Origin: Candidatus Omnitrophota bacterium
GTDB taxonomy: Bacteria > Omnitrophota > Gorgyraeia > Zapsychrales > Fredricksoniimonadaceae
Length of the DNA stretch: 64,000 nucleotides
Direction: 5' to 3'
Assembly (NCBI GenBank): GCA_028870995.1
Contig: JAGWOI010000003.1
Coordinates: forward strand, 39,955 to 103,954
Shown: one piece after another, positions 28,901-37,900 of the stretch
Numbering within the stretch: position 1 is the first letter of the stretch
Layout: every line of letters begins with the position of its first letter
Notes under the pieces: generated by a model
The model's database searches: none
Told to the model about the DNA's origin: nothing
Seen by the model: the letters and a program-made list of their open reading frames with translations, nothing else
Made by a program: the position numbers and the translations under genes

Positions 28901-31900
28901 TAAAGGTGCTTGATCCAAATGAGATCAAAGGCTTACCGCAGCAGTTCACAGAAAAGCAGCAACAAGCCCATCAAAGCCTCGTTTATAAAAAGGACGTCAT
29001 CCACGGCACAGAGTCATTGATGGTCATGGATAACGAAAACTACGGCCGTTATACCGCCAAATATACGGCGGATCAATTTACCAATCCTGAAGGCCAGACC
29101 TCAAAATTAAGCACGGTCTTAATTCCTGAATACCGCCCCGATTTTATGGGAGGGCAGGTGCCGTATGTGACACGCGAGTACAGCGGTGCCGGCAAACTAA
29201 TGAAGGAAAGCCTGACCATTTCCATTGATGCCGTCACCCAGGTGACAACCGTTCAAGAGAAGAACATGCGCACCGGTGAGGTGATTGAGAAGAATATTGA
29301 GCCTCTTTTCGGTAATTCGCTGACGGAATCCAAGATGGATTCTTTGGGCCGACAAGAGATTGTGAGCAATGTTTACAGCAACGACTACTTGCACGTCTCT
29401 TCCACCACGGTCATAGGCGGAACCTTGGCTGTCGAGACCAAGGGCACCTATAATCAAGCCGCTCAGCAATGGACCCTGGAACAAACCCGCTGGAATTACA
29501 GCAGGAATGCTCAACAGGAAAAAGTCCCTGTCAAATATGAGACAGTTCGCAGCGTCTTAAGTGCCGGCGGGCATTTGATCTATGAAGATACCATGTTTCC
29601 CCAAAATGTTTATGAAATAAACGGGCATACGTACACCGAAAACGACCGCAGGTTTATCCCGGAATACGACGTAAACGGTAATATCAGCCGCAGTACGGAA
29701 GGAATCATTGCCAATGGAGTTTTTACTCCCAAAGAGATTATGGAATACAGCGATTACGGTGATTTCTTTGCGGCGCGGCAATCGTTCACCAAGCGCATCA
29801 TCAATGGTAAGGAAATCATCTATTCGACCTCCCGGCTGCTGACAACGCCGGCGGAATATCAAAAAAGCGGCAAATTACGTTTCGAGGTCACGAGCAAGGT
29901 CTATGACAAGGCCGATGATCCTGCCACATGGATTGAGACGACTGACAGGGACGGGCATTTGGTCGAGAAATCCCTGCAGGTTTATGACGGCCAAAATCTG
30001 GTCGGTGAACAGGTCACGAGTTTCAGTAATTTCAATGTCCAGAATATTCCTGCTCAATCCACCACCTTTATCCGCCAGGGCGCTGCGAATGAGGTGCTTT
30101 CCACATCTATCGATAAGACTTCCCTTGAGGAGGCCAGGCTTGGCCTGGAGAGAACAGAGATCACCAATCAATTCAACGGCCTGGTCCGCCAGGAATTAAG
30201 AGACCGGCGCGGCCGGGTCATCGAAAACGACATTGAAGGCGTCGATCCGGTGACCGGACGGCAGGAGGTCCAGCGAAAGACTGTTTTTTATAATTTTAAC
30301 GAGTTCGATATTGCGGTTGATTCCGTTACAAAGTCCTTGCTGGAAGGGACCTTCACGCCGTACACGACATCCAAACTTTTGTCGGACTACAACGATATCC
30401 TGACCAATCACAGCATCCGTTTTCATGTGCATAATGATTTCTTAAGCAGCACGGCTAACAGCGTGGACTGGCAGGAAGTCAAGGACTATCACGGACACGT
30501 CATCGAATTGGACAAGGGGCATATGAATCCCAACGGCCAATTTGAGGCAACTCGCAAAATCACGTCAACCTATCAAGGGATCCCGGGTCTGATCGATGTG
30601 GCCAACAGCACCAGGACAGTCATGGTCATTGACGGCAAACCCGGGTTGCTGACCGATCAGAGCCATTTGATCACGGCGCATGGGGTGACCATTGACGCGC
30701 ATAATATCAACACCATTCCGGCCCAGGATATTTTTAACGGGGTGCACAAGGTCCGTTACCAAGGCATCAGCTATTTTACCGAATTGGAGGGTATGACGTC
30801 AACGGACCGCGATTATCAGGAGATAAGAAACAGCCTCGGTAATGTGGAGGTTACCCTGTTCGGAACAGTTGACCCGCAGGGCCATTTTAACAAGAACCGC
30901 AGCTTATACCGTGTTTATGGGACGACGGAAAATAATTTCAGCAACTTTGATATTGCAAAAGCCACTGTGACGACAGTGGGTGATAAAGGGCATGAAGAAG
31001 TGGTTTCTTATTCCAACAACACCCACATCACGGACGATGACCGGTACCTAATTTATAAGACTAAAAAGGGGCTAGGGGCGCAAGGACTTGTCCTGACCAA
31101 TGACGTGTTCGCTAATCTTGGCGCCATCACCGCCCAGGTCTCAGGACCGGAACACCAGTTGGATTTGACCCATCTGACAGAGACCATCAGCCAGGTCAAG
31201 GATTCCGAAGGAAGGGTTATATTTACCTTTTCAGGTTTTCCTTCCCTTAATATCAACGGATTCGGAACTGGCAATCCCGTCTTTGTGACGGTCAACCAGT
31301 ACCAGGAAAACAGGATCAGCCAGCCGGTGGCAGCCCACAGCCAGACTTATTTTTGGAAGAAAGCCATGGGGGATTATGACCCCACGGATAATTTCAATCA
31401 ATTGAAGAACTATATTCATAACAACCATCCGACGGTGATTGCCTCGCTCGACAACCTTATGTTTGACAAAGGCGTTGCCACCTATAAAACCGATGATATG
31501 AGGGAAGTCGGCTTGCGCACCGTGTCCATGCGTCTGGACGGGACCATGTACCGTAATTCTTATCAAGGCTCCGGTGTGGACGGCCCGGCCTTGTTTAATT
31601 TGTATTTTGACGAGCATGAATTACCCAGTTACGGCATGGAAATAGGCCCGAGCGGGATCGAAAAACCGTTCTCTATCTATAGACCGACCTTGTTTAACTA
31701 CGGCACCAATCTTGTACCGTATGTCTTGATCGATGAATTCCGTTCCCCGGAAAAAGGCGCTAATAATGAATTTGATTTTCAAAATCAGAAACCTCACGCT
31801 TCCATCCTGATGCATAACGGTACCATCCAGTTGGTACGCACAGGCTCAGCCGTGCGCACAACGCCGTTCTCTTCCATGTTCAGTTTGGGTGATTTGGAAA

Positions 31901-34900
31901 GGAACGGCGTATTCGGCAAGGCAGTGCGCCTTATTCATGAAACCGACCCTGAGAAAATTATGGACGCTGGCCATCAACAAGCCCAAAGCGGAACAGCCCA
32001 GAGCTATGTTTCTTCGTCAGCTAAGAAAATAACCTTTGAGCAAGAAACCTGGGGACAGAAGGCGGCATGGCTGGGACAACAGGCAGGCTTTTTGTTAGGG
32101 TCATTAGGATTCATGTACGCCGTTGTGCTGGCTGCCCGTATCTTCGGTTTTTCAACCAGCTCGCTTCGTTCATTACGGAAAAAAGACATCAATTCCGCCT
32201 CCCAGCAAAACTTCGAAGATCTTGGCTTCACCAAAGAGCAAAGCCAAATTATTCTGGACGAACGTTTCAGGAACGGCGCATTTTTAAGCCATCAGGATTT
32301 CAAAGACCGCCTGGGGGTAAAATTAAGCAGTGCCCACAAGCTTTCCGAGAAATGGCTGCCCAAAATGATTGCCAAGGCCCGCTTCTGGCTTGCCATGCAA
32401 GAGGTCTCATGGGCCAATGGAGAGGTGCCAGCGGAAAAAAGATTCAATACTCAAGACAGCCTGAGGCTGGCTGCCGCAGCCGATGACTCCGTCGTTGATT
32501 TCATGGCTGAACTTAAAGGCCTGTACGGTCTTAAGCCCGAACAGCAGGCGTCTTATGAAAGCGCCCTAAGGATGTTTGGGAAATACCTCAAGGCCGAACA
32601 ATTGCGCGATATTGTCAATACACCGCATTTCCGGTCTCTGGTCGATCATTACAGCAAACAGCGCGCAGCGGAAGTCATCTTGAAATTGATGTTTGAGAAG
32701 ATCCGCGACAATCAGGATTATAAGAATGCCGTCAGGCAGCGCGTTGACGATATTATCAGCAGCACAGGGATGGGCCGTGAATTCCCTGACCAGATTTTTG
32801 CCCTTAAGGACACCTTCCTTAAGAATATCGAGAATGCGCGGCTGCTTCCGGAAGGCCTGCGTTTCCATGATTTCGATATCAGCACGGATTTGCTGGCTTA
32901 TTCCTGGGATGACTTGCGCAAAGGCCCGGACATGGAGCGTCAGGTAAGAAGCGACCTTGTGTCCATCGAGAAATTGTTTGTCTTCCAGGTGATCTTCCAA
33001 AGGGCCCTCTTCGGCCTGGCAGGCCAGGGCAGGGCGGAAGAATATTTATGGGCCAAGTATGTTTGGCCTTCCATAAACAAGCGTCAAGCCCTGAACGACC
33101 CTGATATTCTCCAGAAGATCAAAGCCTTCAAACAGGTCTTTCATGCCTTGCTGCTGGATGAAGTCAATAAACGCCTGGAAGGCAACCGCGATCCCAAAGG
33201 CAAGGTGCTTTATTTTCAGAATATCGTTAATGAAGAGGTGTATAACGATGCCTTCCGTTATTTGTTAGGCCAGAAAGATCCCACCCTGGCTGATGCGGGT
33301 TGGACTCTGTCCGATGATGTCAAAAAGAAGACAGCGCCTATTAGAGAAAAATTGGAAAAGGCCCTGGCCGACATTAATGAGGTCATCGAACTGCCTTCAG
33401 AACAAAGGGCTGAAGAAGTCAAAACGAAAGCGGAAAAGATTAAGCCCCTGGTCCTTGCCTATGTCGGCGCGGTTGATCAACAGATCGGTATGCCGGTGCT
33501 CAAAGGACGCCTGTCTTATTGGCAGCTGACCGTCAACCCCTTGCTTAAGATACTGGGTAATAAAAAGATGCGCCAGCGGATTTTTTCCAAAGGCGGCCCC
33601 TACAACCAAAGCGCGCATGACCTGGTGCGGCGCCTCAATCATTATATTATTTTTGGATCGGTTGCCGTGATGTTTGCCGGCCTGACCCTTAACCTGTTCA
33701 GCGTCTTTCCCTTCATGGTCCCGCCGAGCTTTATTATGGCACCATGGTCCCCTTTGTTGGCAGGCGCGGCCGCCACAGTCACCTCCTTTGTCGGTTCATG
33801 GCTGGTCAAAAAAAGATTGATCAGTTCCTTAAATAAGAAATTAAAGAACGTGAACGAAGAACAAAATAAGGGGAAGAATAAAGAACAGCAGGAAAAGGTC
33901 ATTAAATCGTTCGGCTCCAAGGTAAAGTATCTATACCTTGCTCAAGCCGGTCTTGTCTTAGGCTCCTTGCTGTTGATGCCCACGCTGGCACCGGCGCTGA
34001 CGGCGTGGCTGGGCATTGCTCCTCAAATGTTACCGGTAGCTCCCTTCATTCGTTTTGCCATCCATCTGATACCGGTCATGATCTTCATCGATACCTGGCG
34101 GTTGTCCTTCTATGCCATGAACCATCTGGTTTCAGCCATGGCCTTGCAGCAATATTATGCCACCAATAATGTTTACGAAATCAACAATAAGTCCAGGACA
34201 GACAAAATAACCGGACGTTTAATGGCCCTTTTTAAAGATACCGCTCCGGCACTGGGGACTGTTTATAAAACGCGCGGCCAGGAACGCCTGGCCTCCTTTG
34301 TCAATGTGGTGGATGAAATGACCAGCGAAAAGGACAATTATTTCTTCGCAAAAAATATCGATAAGCAAGGGAAATCTTCTTTGACCGCTAAGCTTTCTCA
34401 ACTGGCAGGGGAACTGGTGGATGCTCAAGGCAAGCCTGATGCAGACAAGATAAGAGATCTGCAGGAAGAAATCGAAACATTTGTGGAAAAAGTAGCAATA
34501 CCTATCAATGTGGAAGGGAAAACAGCTGCCAAATCAGAGAAGCTTGGGCTGCAGAAGCTGGTTGATTTTGTTAATCATAACTACCGCCTGGATAAGGGGG
34601 CGAATCCTTCAACCTGGGGCCATGTGATTCCCACGACCGTGGCCATTATCGGCTACAGTGAAGACTGGTACTTTACCAACGGCGAGCTGCTGGATATCAA
34701 CCGCGGAACGTTCGAAGAGTCGACGATCATTGGAAAATTTGAAAACAGTACGACTGGCCATGACGTCCTGGATAAATTGCTTAAGCACGGCATTCTGCTT
34801 CAAGAAGGCTTAATGTCCAGGAAGGAAGAATTTAAGCGTAAGGTGCGCGTCAACGTGGATTTAAGCGACAAGGAGATCAAACAAATAGCATTGAATGCGG

Positions 34901-37900
34901 GCATAGATGAAAGCGATTTTAATAAAATCGCGCCTCTCCTGAAGGAATGGCGCGACGCCCAGAATGAAGCACAAGAATTTACCCATCGCCTGGGCATGCT
35001 GGCCAAATATAAAACAGAATTGTTCTTGCTCATGGTCAACCGCTTGACCAAGCCAGACTCCCTTGAACGCACAGAGCTTTTGAAAATGATCGATGATCCG
35101 ACCCATGTCCCTGAAGGCATCCTGGACTGGGAGATCTGGCCGCAGATACAGGAATGGGCCAACCTGCAGTTGCCAACGGGCTATGCCAATGCAGTGACCC
35201 AAAAACGTACCCTGATGCGTTTATATACGCATTATGCCAGAATATTCGGCGTAGCTAATCCCGAGGCCGCTGCTGAAGAGAAGATCCGTGTCATTGACCG
35301 CAATCTTATGGCCATGGATGCTTTGAATAAGGTGCTGATTCACGCCGTTGCCAAGACCACCTTTATTAAAGAATTCACGCAAGGGGAGCAGATTTTTAAT
35401 TGGTTGATGGGAAAAGGGTATTTTTATAATGAAGGCAAGAAACAAAATCCGCCCGTGCCTCCGGTTGATGGTCTTCCCAAACCATTGACAGCAGATTCTA
35501 AGAAAAAATTAAAGGAGCAATTCCCCGGGGACTATGAACGTATTGTTCCCATCCTGGAAGAAGCCGGCAGGGGCAGATTAAGAGAGATGCTGGATGTTTT
35601 GATTGAAACAGGGTATCAAGATACTTATAAAGTTTATCCGGATGGGACAAGCAGAGGTGTAAAGGATCCCTATAAGCTTATTAAGGACAATCAAGACAGG
35701 ATCATGGGGGGGATTGATAAAATTAGATACGATATCGATATGTTGACAAAGTTGATGGATTCCATCAAGTATGACCGGCTGTTCCCGGCCAGGTTAAAAG
35801 GCGGAGGGGTAGACACCGCCGATTTATTAACGGGAGAAAATTACCATGGCGCGAAATGGAACCAGAAAACAGCTATCCTGCCTTTCCTGGTGGGACCGGT
35901 TATCCTTAACCTTGATGCCGACCACCGTGCCAATTATGTGGATTACGAATCCCTTCCCAACCATTTGCTGGATTACAATTATTGGCCCGGCCTGGCTGTT
36001 TCAACGCCCATCGTCAAGCACACCTTGACCAAGGGCTTGGGTGTTTTCGGGAACATCCTGCCGGTCTCGGAGAATGCATTTTATTATCATGCCCAGCAGG
36101 CCAAGGAACTTTTCGGCGGCTTGACCGCGACGGGAAAGCTCTTCGAAAGGGTCTCAGCCCTCCGGCATTCCGAGGGAGTTACGGATTCTTATGTCGCCGA
36201 GGATGCGTTGTCGGCAATCAATTACCGGCGGTTCGGTTATGTCACCGGCCGCGCAGGCGCAGTAAAGGTGGAAAAGGGCTGGCCGTTCTCTTTCGCCGCG
36301 GCATCAACCCCGACGAGGAAGTGGTCTTATGACTCGGTGGAATCCGTCAGCGGCAGGACCGCCATGAAGGTGTACATGTCTCCGCTGGTTGACTGGCCAT
36401 TCCTGGTCAACAATTTCTGGCTGGACGGTTTTGGGTTTTATTTCAAGAAACCGGGGATCGTCCGCTATCTGCGCTGGCTGGTGGCGTTCTACCTGGTCAT
36501 GGATTGGAACCTTTTTTCCAACATTCCCCTCTCCATGTGGGTCGGCAGCATGATGCTTTCCCAGTCCATCAGCCAGGGCTTGTTTTTTTATAAGATATTC
36601 GACGAATCGCGGGGCTATGTAAAAGGCACGCTCAGCGCTTTGGGCAGCATTGCGGCCAGGATGTACAGTTATTTTGTGCATCAGGTCTTTGTTTTTGAGG
36701 AAACGGTGGGCAAACTTGCGCCCAACCGTTTGGGTAAATTCCTTTCAACGGCCTCCAAAGGGTCCAACCAGACCCGCATACAGAACAAGGACCTGATGTA
36801 TGTGCGCAGCAATTATGCCATCAAATCAGCCTCTGTTATGGCGGGGGTGACCTTGACCTTGATAGGTTTGTCCCTCAAAAAGTCCGGTTTATGGGCTCTT
36901 ACCCTGGGCATGGGTTTTGCCGGGGTGGCTGCACCGTTTTTGTTAAATCCGGTGCGGATCAGGAAACGTGTAAAAGATAATTTCAGCAATGGGAAGGATA
37001 TTGGAGGCGCTTTTGTCTGGGGCCTGACGGACAATGTGGAAATGCTGATGTATTATCTCAGCGGGTTATTGGCGCGCGTAGGGATAAAATCTTTTCGTTC
37101 AACAGAAGATGACCTGCAGATCAAGGTCTTAGACATGGTCCAGGCCAGAGTATCTCAGCCGTTGGACAAAATCCCTACCGGAAAATGGGGAACGACCTTT
37201 AAGGAAGCCTTTGGTCAGCAGGCCGAAGCCGCGGCTGAATTGGCCGAATACATATATTTATTCCATCAAAAGCCCAGCCATTATCGCAGCATGTATGGCC
37301 GTTCCGTCCTGCCTGCCGTTAACGGACTGTTAAAGATCCTGGCCAATAATCCCGGAAAAGAAGGAACGGATTATTCAAAGAAAATATTAGGGGATGAATT
37401 GGGGGCCTATAAGGAAGCCTTGGGGGTCCGCTTTAAGGAAGTTAAACAATATTTGGAGGTTTTTAAGCATGCCAAGGGGTATGAAAAAATGGTCAGAGAC
37501 GCCGAAAAACAGCTCGCTAAGGCGGATGAAATTTTAAAAAAGACTTCACCGTCAGCAAAGCAGCTGAACCGTGCCGATTGGTTGTTGACCCAGCTTTCCT
37601 GGATCCCGATGCGTATTCAGCGTCAACCTGGAACAATATCAAAACTGAGAGACCAATTTTTAAACACCATGATCGGCGTTGATGCCGTCTCTCAATTAGT
37701 GGCTTTTGCTTGGCTGCCTCTGCGATTATTCTTGGACAGGATAACAAGGACCCCTAAAACTGTTGAGAATGAAAAGAAGGCCTTGGAAATACCGAAATCC
37801 ACCGTTGTTCCTTTGGCGCCCAAAGCCGCGGAAGATAAGGCCATGGCAAGTTCTCCCAAACCCGCAGGAGTCAATAGGATTGCCAAGATTACCAATCCCG

